From: Camelus ferus
Lineage: Eukaryota
Reading direction: 5' to 3'
DNA: 64,000 nt
Assembly (NCBI RefSeq): GCF_009834535.1
Contig: NC_045696.1
Span: 115,756,001-115,820,000, forward strand
Position numbers and translations under genes: made by a program. Of this stretch, positions 1 to 11,393 are shown piece by piece (positions within the stretch are counted from its first letter, which is position 1; each line of letters opens with the position of its first letter). The notes beneath the pieces were generated by a model. The model was not told the DNA's origin. It saw only the letters and a program-made list of their open reading frames with translations, and ran no database searches.

Positions 1-87
1 AATTATATAATAATATAATTTAATGTTACTTATTATAAATAATATATAATGCATAATATTATAATACTGTGATATATATTATATATA

Positions 88-349
88 TAGTTGATCCTTG
101 AAGAACACAGGTTTAAAGTGCATAGTTTCAGTTATACGTGGGTTTTTTTCAATAAATGCACTGTGGGCCCCCCATATCCATGGGTTTTGTGTTATTATTG
201 GTACTGCGTTTATAGTCCACTGTTGGTTGAATCTGCCAGTGTGGAATCTATGAATACAGGGGGCCTACTGTGGGACTTAAGCATCTGAGGGCTTGGTAAC
301 CATGATGGTCTTGGAACCAATCCCCTGCAGATCCTGAGGAACAGCAGTG
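88..349 (+). mobile_element. MER2B-like non-autonomous Tigger (TcMar) DNA transposon fossil
   Basis: Starts TAGTTGATCCTTGAAGAACACAGGTTTAAAGTGC (cf. CAGTTGACCCTTGAACAACACGGGTTTGAACTGC) and ends GGAACCAATCCCCTGCAGATCCTGAGGAACAGCAG. It sits in TA-rich flanks, as expected for a TA-targeting element. Confidence 0.75.
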
Positions 350-1039
350 ATATAATAATATATAATGTTATAATACATACAATAATTCCATCTTGGTGAA
401 CCATGAAAGAGGTGTGTGAGCTTGTTTATACAGATCTGTATCTTCCTAAGAAATGGGTTGTATAGAAAAGGGCTTGAGGTAGATTCTTTGATTATTTACT
501 CATTATGATTTTTAAAATGTGATTGTTCTAAAAGCGACTTTCACTTTTTTGGGGTATACTTGAATTCAAAATGTATATAAAAAGGACATGAACTCTTCCA
601 CACAGACTGTAATTGGGACTCTAGGTCAGAGTCAGCCTTGAGTTCAAGGACTGGGTTCCGGATTTATTCCTGCGGAAAACGGCAGCGCCTTGAATCACTG
701 AATGATTCCAGAAGGGATTCTTCATGATTTGATTTATTTCCTAGAAAAAGGAGACTTCACACCAAACAAGTATGTCTGACACTAAAGATGATTGTTCTCT
801 TTATGTCCCACTAAGTTTAGATTTTAGCTTAGATTGGAGCTTGGAGTTAGCTCATAATATCTGCATAAAATATAGATAACTGAATGAGGTCAGAGACTTC
901 AGAATTGTTTTCTCAAATACGTGTATTACTAACACAGCCCTGAGTCACTTTTTTACAGTCCATCAAGTCTTTTTCAGCACTTCTCATCTTTAAACATCGC
1001 AAGTACTTTAGGCAAGGCCAGTGCAGCAAAAATAAAATA

Positions 1040-1340
1040 AAATGCCCAGGAGAATAATGCGTGGTTTGATACGTTTTGTGTTTTCTTTCTTTTGAGTTGA
1101 CATATCCTGTTCCAGGATTTGCTTGTGTTCCCTCTTCCATTTTTGACGACAGCCATTTACTGGACTCACAGCTTTAAGGATTTTTCTATGGCCTCCTTAA
1201 ATCTCGTGTTAGTCATTATCTTATATGACTCAATATACTGCGTGTCCTCACTTCTGTTCCCTGCTCCAGGGCTGCCTGCTCGCCGGACGTTTGTGTTCCG
1301 CCCGGGCGCATTTCCTCATCTGCGGATATATAGTTGACTT
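1040..1340. promoter_or_regulatory. Candidate enhancer/promoter with CpG patch and AP-1/GATA/ETS motifs
   Basis: Non-repetitive sequence. TTAGTCA 1209-1215, TTATCT 1216-1221, TGACTCA 1226-1232, CACTTCTGTTCC 1249-1260, ATTTCCTC 1310-1317, TATATA 1327-1332, and 7 CpGs in 1281-1325. Motif-based only. Confidence 0.35.
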
Positions 1341-1755
1341 TCTGGCGATGCTGACTTTTGATAGTTTATATTTCCTGTTCTTTTTAAGTTATTTACTTTT
1401 ACAGTGCGTTTTAAAAGTGACCCTGGGAAGCATATTCATTCCCCAGCCAAGACTCTGCCTCGTAAAGCCTCTCTGCCTTACACTACCCTGCTCTTCTCTC
1501 CGATGCATCGCTCCTTTGGGCATCTTAGTGCTGTGGCCCTTTATGGACACTCATCTAATTGTTGCTGCCACGTGGGCAGCACCTAGAACGCGTCCCTTGT
1601 TGGCCCAGAGCCAGGTTTCACTGTGAGCGTACGTGGGAGGCTGAGCAGGGAGGGAAAGGACCTCATCATTCTCTTTGATGTACACCTTGAGGGATCTTTC
1701 AGAAATCCTTGGCACCTTCTTCTTCTTCTATCTTTTACGTCCCATTTTTCTTTTC

Positions 1756-2104
1756 TTTTGTTTTAATTGAAATATAGTTCGTTTACAATGTTGTGTTAAT
1801 TTCTGATACAGAGCCTAGTGATTCAGTTTTACATACAAATATATGCACACATATTCCTTTTCATAATCTTTTTGATTATAGGCTATTACAAGGAATTGAA
1901 TACAGCTCCCTGTGAGATACAGTAGGAACTTTTTGCTTATCCAATTTCATGAAGATTTTCCACAAAGTTCCAACTGCACCAGATCGTCTGCCAAAGTTCA
2001 GTAGGTATTCTGTGAGAGCCGCTTCACACGTAGATGTATCTTTGATGTGTTTATGGGAGAGGGTGAGCTCTGCATCCTTCTATCCAGCCACCTTGAAGCC
2101 CTCT
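1756..2104 (-). mobile_element. Bipartite (internally deleted) L1: 5' terminus fused to 3' UTR end
   Basis: Minus strand 2104->~1945 resembles an artiodactyl L1 5' end (CTTCAAGGTGGC..GCAGAGCTCACCCTCTCCCATAAACACATCAAAGATACATCTAC). ~1945->1756 is an L1 3' UTR end with A-tail. TSD CCCA(T/C)TTTTCTTTTC at 1741-1755 and 2105-2119 (14/15). Confidence 0.75.
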
Positions 2105-2365
2105 CCCACTTTTCTTTTCATTGTTGGTTTACAGCTTTTAAAATATTTTAGTTAATTGTAATTAAATTTAACCATAATTATAATTGTAGTTAAACTTGGG
2201 GAACGTTTGCAGTTAAGCATGATTGTTTAATCTACCACACTTACATTGAAATATAATTGTAAATATTTTATCTAATCAACTGCCATTTATTGATGCTATA
2301 CTACTGGCAAGATGCTTTAAGCACATGCTTAAACAGTAACCCTACGGAGAAGGCAATATTTTTCC

Positions 2366-2746
2366 TGGTGGTCACTGATGTTGCTCAAAAATATTCAAGT
2401 TTTCCTCTCCTTCTGGGCACAGGGTGGGACTGCACCCTCCCACCCTCTTGGAAGTTTGTCACGGCAATGTGACTTGTTTAACCAATGTAATGTGACTGCC
2501 ATGTGTCATTTCTGAGTGGAAGCTGTGACAGCCAGTGCACAATACGCATGAACTTTTCCTTTTCCCACTGGTGTCACAGAAGCACCTCTTCACAAGCTGG
2601 GGTCCTCAGGTGACTTTAGCAAGCACAGCCCCATCAACCCAGGTGGGACAGGTGTTGTCAGCAAGCAATAAACATTTTTGTGTAAAGCCATTGAGGTCTG
2701 GGGGTTGTTTGTTACAGCAGTATAACCTGGCCTATCAAGAATAATA
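2366..2746 (+). mobile_element. MLT1 (MaLR) solo LTR, MLT1I/J-like
   Basis: Characteristic 3' end AATAAACATTTTTGTGTAAAGCCATTGAGGTCTGGGGTTGTTTGTTACAGCAGTATAACCT, plus the ATGTGACTTGTTT..CCAAT motif. Confidence 0.7.
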
Positions 2747-3030
2747 TAATGTCCCTCAACACGGGAGGAAAAATAATGATTGCCTGTGTAACATGTAACA
2801 TGGTTAGTGATTGACGAGATTATAATTCAAATCCAAGTTTGTTTTTTCAAAGCTCTATGTTGTTATTTCTTTTCCATGCTGCTTTTCAAGCTGAGGAGTT
2901 TCTCAGCCTTCTGAATGTCTGAAGTCAGTAGATAAATTTGGAGCCAATAGCTACAGAGGGGCACCAGCCAGAATTCTGGAGCCCTCTCTTACAAATGAGC
3001 ATTTGTACTACACGATATATATATATATAT

Positions 3031-3142
3031 GGCAGTAGGGAGGTAATTACATTTATTTATTTATTTAATGGAGGTACTGGGGATTGAACCCAGGACCTCG
3101 TGCATGCTAAGCATGTGCTCTGCCTCTGAGCTATATCTCTCC
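3031..3142 (-). mobile_element. Camelid tRNA-Ala-derived SINE (vic-1 type)
   Basis: Reverse complement is TATAGCTCAGAGGCAGAGCACATGCTTAGCATGCACGAGGTCCTGGGTTCAATCCCCAGTACCTCCA, then (TAAA)n, then TAATTACCTCCC. Confidence 0.9.
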
Positions 3143-3150
3143 TCCTTTTA

Positions 3151-3269
3151 TGGGTGGGGGAGGTAATTAGGTTTATCTATTTATTACTTTCGGTGGAGGT
3201 ACCAGGGATTGAACCCAGGGCCTCATGCATGCTAGGTATACACTCTACCATTGAGCTATACCCTCGGCC
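3151..3269 (-). mobile_element. Camelid tRNA-Ala-derived SINE (vic-1 type), second copy in tandem
   Basis: Same tRNA-Ala head (GAGGGTATAGCTCAATGGTAGAGTG...GGGTTCAATCCCTGGTACCTCCA) and CCTAATTACCTCCCC tail. Confidence 0.9.
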
Positions 3270-3862
3270 TCTTATATTTTTAAAAGCGGTTAGATGGAGA
3301 ACATACGCTACTTACTGTCACCTACTTCTCCTCTGAATTAGGATGGCAGAGCAAAATTTCTCTGGTAGAAATTCTCCATCAGATAGCGTGACATCTACAC
3401 AAAGAAAAGTGTTTTAGCAAGTCTATTCATTACCAGCTTCCCATGATAGAGGCTGGTCCTGCCCTCAGGTAGTTTACAACTGAGGAGTGGAAGTGAGGCA
3501 GTTGATGGGTCCCCTAGGATCTTCTCATGGTCAGATTTCAACCCAGCATTCAGACTGAGATGCACTTCTCATCTGAATGCTGGGCTATCTCACCGCAAGC
3601 AGTATTTCTCTTCACTCCAATCCATACCGTCTACAAACCTGTTTCTATAACAGAGTCCAAGTTAGCTTTCTAGACATATTTCAAAAATCTGCTTACCCCC
3701 ATGTCAAAGAACTACCCTATATCCACATTTCTACTAGGCTTCACAAATTTCCAATTTTTCAGCCTTTACTCATGAAGAATTTTTTATGCAAATTTGTATG
3801 TACTCACAATACTCAGATATCACCAAGGAAAAAGCTCAGAACATTCTCCTAGTTTTCACAAA

Positions 3863-4425
3863 ATGTAACAGAAATGTGAAGTTGGGCTCCTAATATTTTT
3901 CTAAGGGCCTCTCCTTGACGTCCTTCAAGCCCTAAGCAGCTCTATTTTTATAGAAGTTTTAATGTCATAGAAATTTTAACATAGACACTTGTTTCCAAGA
4001 TCATGCCTGGCAGAAGAAACTCTCCACCTGAATTTGATTTCCCATTCTTCGAGATTCTAATTTTTTTCAGAATTTCTAACTTCTGCTACCTTTGCAGTTT
4101 CCTCCATTTGCGTTAGAATTTGCACATCGAGGAGGACCATTAATACAAGCTTCTCTTTTCCACGTGTGTCCTAGGTGGCTCAGATTGATTCCATGTGAGT
4201 GTCCAAAACAAGAGTCTCTCTGGCCCAGAGATACTTCAGACCTCAATTCCAGGACACCTTTCAAGTGCATGGGCTCTCCTCACCAACCCCAAATGATCTT
4301 GCTTCTCACCTTCAGTGTTGCTGCAAACCCCAGGGGGTTACCTTTCCCTTGTAAGATTTTGTGTAATTCCCCATCTGGTGTACATTAAACAGCTTCTCAT
4401 CTCTTTTGTTGTCCTGGGGCACGAC
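3863..4425 (+). mobile_element. Probable ERV solo LTR
   Basis: Begins TGTAACAG, has an ATTAAA poly(A)-like signal near 4384 and ends ...ACGACA. No clear TSD and family not recognised. Confidence 0.4.
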
Positions 4426-4458
4426 AGACTGCCGCTGGATTTTTCTTGGCTTGAGAAG

Positions 4459-4625
4459 CAAGACCAGCTAAGTAATTTGTGGAACCCAATGCAAGATAAA
4501 AATGTTAAGTCTCTTGTCAAAAAAAAAAAAAAAATTAAGAAATTCAAGACAGCAGACAATAAGACATTACATAAGCGTGGGGCCCTTGTGACCGCCCAGG
4601 CTGCATCCTCATGAAGCAGGCCCTG
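4459..4625 (+). mobile_element. MER45A-like hAT-Tip100 non-autonomous transposon
   Basis: CAAGACCAGCTAAGTAATTTGTGGAACCCAATGCAAGATAAAAATG...CATGAAGCAGGCCCTG matches the MER45A layout with degenerate TIRs. Confidence 0.75.
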
Positions 4626-6292
4626 TTCAGGGTGATACCTGCTTAGACAAAGCGCTTTTCTCAAAAAGAGAGTTTCAGGTACTAGTCACCTTCTGAGGCT
4701 ATTTCTGAACCTCATAGTAATTCTCATTCAGAACTTCCCTAAAACTTCAAATGGGCAAGTGCAGTGGAATTCTCATTAAAGACAGGACCCTACGCAGCTC
4801 ACCATTAGTGTCAGAATTCCCAAGGACACATGGAAATCTGGACCCATTTCTGAAGCCTGAACGCCATGCATACAAATATTTCTCACACCTGAGCAAGACC
4901 CAGATTCAATTCTACACTGAATTCTAAAGCAGGATTGTGTCTGCTGGACATTATCGTGTTAACCCCCAAAATGATGTCCCAAATCACAATCTCTGTGAAC
5001 GCCATCTAAATGCCTTTTGGTATTTTGTGAAATCATAAATCCTGAGAGAATGTGGGACAATTCTATCCACTCAAACCACTTTCAAAAGTTCTCTCAGATG
5101 AAGGCAGCGGTGCTGGAAGGAACGCTTTCTTGGTGTGCAACATGTCTTGCAACACAACTGAGAAAATCATTTGGCTACAGTAATGCATGGCCCATTAGTA
5201 TGTTCACAGAAGTACAAAATTCTTGTCTACATTTGCCATTTAGTTAAACAGAAAAAATATGGCAGAGAATAAACATGATATTTTTTTAGGAAAATTATCA
5301 GAACAAAAAAGTCTGGTGTGGAACTGAATGCTCACATGGGCCATCCATTTCTCCACCTCGTTGGTCTCATTATTTTATATAAAGGATGCTCTCTTATTTC
5401 ATACATTCCATAGAGCTTAAAGAACGTCTACATGATTCTGTGCTGATGGGTGGTGACGCATTTCTAAGTAATATTTTGTTCCAAATAAATCTTAACTCCT
5501 AGAGTTCTTCAGAGGGGAGGTGGTAGGGAAATCACCTTCCAGAGGCAGTCCTGAAAAGACCCATCGAGGTGTTTTTAGCCAACAGGCGATTGTGCCTGTG
5601 AGATACGCCAAACGGCAGCCCCTGACACTGCCTTCATCTTCTCACTTCTTCACACATGAAAACTATCTGATGACAAAGTAATTTGCACTCCCTACCTTGT
5701 GGTTTATTTCTGTTCCTGGATTTGAAAATCCTAAACATAAAGGAAGAAAATCTAATACTTCCTTGACCCTCGGCTGACTGTCCTCTACTTATGGGTCTCC
5801 CCACTGCTTCTCCAACGCACCACATCCTCAATGGCAATCAGAGGCAGAGATTAACAGATAATAATAGAATAACCACCAATATGGATTGGTGTGACTCAGA
5901 AAGAAGTTTAAAAAGAGAGTGATGGAAGAATTTGGGGGAAAAAATCTGTCAAATTGCCCATATCAGAATTTTGTAACTGGTGCTGATTTTTAAAGAGATG
6001 TTTCTTTATACTTCTTTTTTTTTTTTTTTTTTTTTTTTTTGGCTCTCCCATCTGTGCTTCCAAACATTGAGTTAGGACCATCACATCAGACTCGACTTGC
6101 GTTTCCACTGGTAAATAGAGATGCATCCTATGCTGTAAAATTTTTATTACAAAATATTTTAAAGTATTTATTCAATCATATTTGAGGATCTATTAGATAT
6201 AAAGATGAACTTGACAGCCTTCCTACCACAAGGAGTGTAAGTTTAGAGAGCAGAGAAAACAAAAAAATCCGTGGTTGATATATGAAGTGTCA

Positions 6293-6617
6293 TGTATTAG
6301 GATTAAGGTAGGAATTTAAAAATCTGTTCTTTAGCTCTAACTTCAGACTTTAATAAGTAACCACAGAACCAGTGTTAATCCCACCCCATCAGTAGCAGGG
6401 TCCTTTCAAAACCCATACCTTGGAAATTCAGCCATTCCCTGAATCCTGTTCCTTCTGAAAGTCACTCCTAACTTGTCCTAAGGTTGTCTCTTGCTCTGTT
6501 CACAGAGTCTGTGTCCTAGGGGGACGGTTCCCCTTTGCTTAGCAAGTAGTAAATTCAGTTTTTTTGTTTCAGATAAAATATGTCAGGGGAAGGGGTATGC
6601 GGGGTCTTGTTTCTCAA
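6293..6617 (+). mobile_element. Probable ERV1 (MER34-like) solo LTR inside an L2 remnant
   Basis: TG start and GCAAGTAGTAAATTCAGTTTTTTTGTTTCAGA 3' region. It interrupts L2-like sequence (6170-6290 and 6620-6790). Confidence 0.4.
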
Positions 6618-6799
6618 TAAAAATATGCAAACTTATGTGAGTACTCTGGAAAACAGACCCACTAAGAAGGGACTTCTAACTCCACGTAGCGGGCAGGAAG
6701 AGGGTGGCTAAGCAGAAGGGAAGCAAATGGTCAAATCATTCTTTAAAGACAGGAAAACTTTGAGCTGAAGTTTAAAGCTAATTCAATAAGTTGGCGATT

Positions 6800-7706
6800 A
6801 TACAGATGACGAACAGGCACATGAAAAGATGCTCAGCATCGCTAACTATTATAGAAATGCAGATTAAAACCACAGTATCACCTCACACCAGTCAGAATGG
6901 CCATTATAAAAAGTCTATAAAAAAAGATATGCTGGAGAGGGTGCGGAGAAAATGGAACCCTCCTACTCTGTTGGTGGGAATGTAGTTTGGTGCAGCCACT
7001 AAGGAAAACAGTATGGAGGTTCCCCAAAAAACAAAAAACAGACTTACCATATGATCCAGCAATCCCACTCCTGGGCATATATCTGGAAAAGACAAAAACT
7101 CTAATTCAAAAAAAAATAATTCACCCCAATATTCATAGAAGCACTATTTATAACAGCCAAGACATGGAAGCAACCTAAATGTCCACCAAGAGACAAATGG
7201 ATAAAGAAGATATGGTATATTTATATATATACACTGGAACATCACTCAGCCATAAAAAGAATGAAATGATGCTACTTGTAGCAACATGGATGATCATACT
7301 AAGTGAAGTAAGTCAGAGAAGGACAAATATGACTCATATGTGGAATCTGAAAAAAAATGATACAAATGAATTTATTTACAAAACAGAAATAGACTATAAA
7401 CTCACAGATTTAGAAAAAAAAAAAACCTGATTACCAAAGGAAAAGGGGGTGGGTGATGGAGGGATAAATTGGGAGTTTGGGATTAAGAGATGCACATTAG
7501 TATGTATAAAATAGACAAACAGCAAGGCCTTACTACTGTATAGCACAGGGGACTATATTCAGTATTTTTTAATAATATATAATGGAAAAGAATTCGACAA
7601 AGAATATATATATGTGTGTGTAGAACTGAATCACTTTGCTGTGCACCTGAAACTAACACAACATAATAAATCAACTATACATCAATAAAAATAGAAAAAA
7701 ATAAAA
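6800..7706 (+). mobile_element. 5'-truncated L1 (ORF2 C-terminus + 3' UTR + A-tail), artiodactyl type
   Basis: Frameshifted ORF2 peptides [48 protein letters not shown], followed by the 3' UTR CTACTGTATAGCACAGGG and an A-rich tail. Confidence 0.95.
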
Positions 7707-8714
7707 CTCACATCAAGGTTTTATAATTTTTAAAAAAGGTTGTCAATGAGTTTCTTAGGCAGAAGGAACAGATGAGCGACGCTAGGGAGACTTTTGACTT
7801 TCTGATGCAATTGAAGAACACCGAGTGCTCAATGGTTCAAAAGACTGCGAGTAAACGTGTAATTGAAGGTAACCCAGGTGATACCCACAGGTGCACATCC
7901 CTGCGTGGTGTATTGATAGGACGGGAAGTCAGTCAAAGATTTCACCTCAAGGGGAGTAAATTAGTTTGACATTTTAGAAAAAATAATTCAACTGTGTCAC
8001 AGAGACTAAAGTGAGAGACGCTAGGTGAGAGGGGACTTGTTACTGCTGCAACAAATTTTGGATATTCTCCAGGAAAACCTTTCCATTTTGAAGATAATAA
8101 TAAAGCCCAGTGGATTATTTTCAAGTGGCTTATTCGAAGCCACAGAACTAGGACTGGAACCCCAAACAGCTATCTCCAATTTCTGTTTAAAAATCAAAAC
8201 CAGCTACAGAGTCATATTTTTTTCCTATGACCAAATCCTGTTAGGGAAGAACCTCCAAGCACAAGGTGGGAGATACTCACCTCCACACCTGGGGACACAC
8301 TGTTCTGTTTGCTTCCCTGGGACAGATCCAGCCCTGGGCTGAAATAACAAAGGTGTGGACCACAAGGGATGATCCAGTAGCAAGATATTTGGAAACTCGG
8401 CTGAGTGCTGTATTACTGAAGGAGCCTGAACTTTCAACATATGCCTACAAGCCATTTCTCCACATTTGAAGGAAACAGTGCATTTGATGCAATTTCTTCC
8501 TTTTACAAGTTAAGGCCCAGAAAGATTAAGATATTGGTCCAAGGTCACACAGCCAAAAAGCAGAAGAGAAATTGAAACTCAGGTGTACCAACCATTCCAA
8601 ACTGCCTGGAAGTTTGAACTGCAAACAAATTGAAAAATAATTGTCTTTAGCTGAGGTTGACTGCTTTCTCCTAATTTTTATAATTGACCTATCTCTTGCT
8701 TCTTTTTGGTTTGC

Positions 8715-10470
8715 TTTTTATTTAATGATAATTTTACAAACAGTGAAATGCCCATAATATATTTTGACAATTGCACATACCAGTATAATCACACTTAAAA
8801 ACAGAACATTTTTATCACCCCAGGAAATTTCCCTGTGCTGCTTTCTAGTCAGTTCCACCCTCTAGGCAGCCACTCTCTGATTTCTATGATTAAAAATTAA
8901 CTTTGCCTGCTGTTGAAATTTTATATGTAGAATAACCATATGTGCTTTTGTGAGTGTGTGCATTTGACTTCTTCTGCTTAATACTTTTTAAACTCACCCA
9001 TGTCACTGTATGTATCAGTAGTTAATTTTTTTACTGCTAAGTATTATATATTTGTACTTCTCTGCAACTTGTTTATCCATATAACTAGTAACAGGCATTT
9101 GGGTTATTTCAGGTTTTTTTAATTTTTGTGAATAAAACTGCTACGAACATTCCTTTTGAGGATATCTGTCTTTCAGTATCCTTAAGTTAAGACGTAGGAG
9201 ATGAATTACTGTATTATCGAGCAGATGAGTCTTTGACTACAGGAGGAATTGCTAAATCAGTTTTCCAAAATGACCTCACAATTTTACACTCACACCAGCA
9301 ATGTGTGAGAGTTTTGGTCTCACCACACTTGCCAATAATTGATGCTGTCACTTTTATTCCAGTATGTGTGCAGCAGTATCTCACTGTGGGTGTATTTTTG
9401 CATTTTTTTTCTAGTGACCAGTGATATCATGTGCTGATTGACCATTTATATATCTTCTTTTGTTAAATGCCCCTAGCAGTCTTCTGCTCATTTTCATATG
9501 GAGTTGCTTTTTTTTTTTCTTTTTAATTTATAGGATAGAAGTGCTTTATATATTCTGGATAGAAATGCTTTGTCAAAAATATTTATTGTGAAAATTCTCT
9601 CCCAGGTTGTGGCTTGTCTTTTTGTTTTTTGTAATCGTGGCATAAGGCAAACAGGGTTTTTTATTTTGATGAAGTCAAATTTATTAGATCTTTTTCGTTA
9701 GTACTTTCTGTGTCTTTTCTAATCAATCTTTGCCTACCTCAAGATTGCAAATGTATTTTCCAGTATTTTCTTTCAGAGGCTTTATGGCTTTGGTTTTTAT
9801 GTTTCAGCTTTATGAAGATATGTTAACTATGTTCCAAAGTGGTTACACCACGTTACTCTCCCACCAGCAATGTATATAATCAATGTATATAATTAACCTT
9901 TGTGGGTGGTATAAGGAAGCAGTGAAGGTTCATTTTTTCCCTTCCAGATAGTCTTGGTCAAGCATGATTTCTTTTGAAAACATGTTTCTTTTCCCATTAA
10001 ATTGGCTGGCACTTCTTTCAAATGACTATTTGCCATATACATGTGGGTCTATTTTGGGACCCTCTGTTCTACTGCATTAACATATTTGTCCGTCTTAATG
10101 CCAGTATCTTATTGTGTTGATTACTGTAGTTTTATACAATGTTTTGAAATCAGGTAATATCAATCCTTCCGTCTTTGTTTTTTTTTTTTTTTTTTTTTTT
10201 CATTTCAACAATGTTTTCCCTTTTCTAGATCTTTTGCTTTTCCAAATAAATTTTAGAATCAGTTTATCAATTTCTACAAAAAAGTCTTGAAATTTCGAAT
10301 GGGTTTGAATGGAATATGTTCACCAATCTGGAAACAGTTGCCATTTTAACAATATTGAGATTTTTAATCCATGTACAATTTATTTCCATTTTCCTAGGAC
10401 TTTATTATGTAGTGTGTTTAATTATCAGTTTATGGGTCTGTATATATTTCATAAAATTTATTCTTTCTAA
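8715..10470 (-). mobile_element. Old L1 (L1MD/L1ME-like) 3' UTR and ORF2 3' region
   Basis: Diagnostic antisense motifs: CAGAACATTTTTATCACCCCAGGAAATTTCCCTGTG, TTTTGATGAAGTCAAATTTAT, TTCCAAATAAATTTTAGAATCAGTTTATCAATTTCTACAAAAA. Confidence 0.85.
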
Positions 10471-10489
10471 GATCAAAAGGTTTAAGAAT

Positions 10490-10720
10490 CACATACACAG
10501 TAGCTGTTGGAACCATCTTTCCTGACAAAGATGAAAACAAACATAGAAAAAAAACCCAAGCTGAAAGATGAAGAGTCCTTTATAACTATGTATAAACACC
10601 TGGCCCAGTTATCCATGGGACTACATATTTCAGAATTGTTCAGTGAAACAATATTTGTCCTCTTTTGCTACAACTAATATGACTTGTATTTCTACCTTGC
10701 AACCAGAAGTCTTAATATAA
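10490..10720 (+). mobile_element. MLT1 LTR 3' fragment
   Basis: Ends ...TTTCTACCTTGCAACCAGAAGTCTTAATA, as in MLT1J/K/L 3' ends. Confidence 0.5.
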
Positions 10721-11362
10721 CAGCTTTATTTACTTCTCTGTGCACATGGCAGAAAAAAATCTACAGCAACCGAAATAGCATCCCGATCCAAGGGTTCCAC
10801 GGGAAGCACTTAGAGTCTCTGAATCTCAGTCACAAAACCCTAGAGGAGAGAATCTAGGATCAAGGGACAATGGACAGGCATGTGGTCCATATGGCCCACT
10901 ATTCAAGCAGCATGGCTGTGAAAGAAGCCATTGAGAAGAGGATGTGGGAAGTTTCTACAGCAGGAGTTGAGGAGATGAGGAAAAACATTGGCACCTCTTT
11001 ACATGAGGCAATGACTAGTATGATTTTATAGCGAGTAGCCTTAATTGCATAAAAGAAACGGTGTGGGAAATATGAGGGCAATGAAGAATAAAAACTTAAG
11101 TAAATAAATTGATGATGGGTTGACCTTTGGAAGAAACTGCTTTAAGAAAAAAAATCATGAAAATGGAGGTGTGATTAAACAAGTTCATGGAAGCAACCTG
11201 TTTTCAAAGATGGATTTAGCTGAACAATTGAACTTAATCCTTGATTAAGCATTTTAGAACGGTGTGTCTTTGCCTTTAGGGAGCCTTCATTAGCTCTGGG
11301 CACTTAATATCTGTTGTTAGTTCCCTGGTAAGACGAATCTTCCCTTCAGGCACTGACATCTG

Positions 11363-11393
<31 letters not shown>

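Noticed and set aside
913..1140. MEEGTQANPGT... as a coding first exon downstream of the candidate promoter
   Set aside because: No canonical donor follows (ACAGGATATGT) and I do not recognise the peptide.
3031..3269. tRNA-Ala(AGC)-like sequences here and at 23150-23220 and 37100-37150 as tRNA genes
   Set aside because: They carry SINE tails and stem or promoter-box mutations, so they are SINE copies rather than functional tRNAs.
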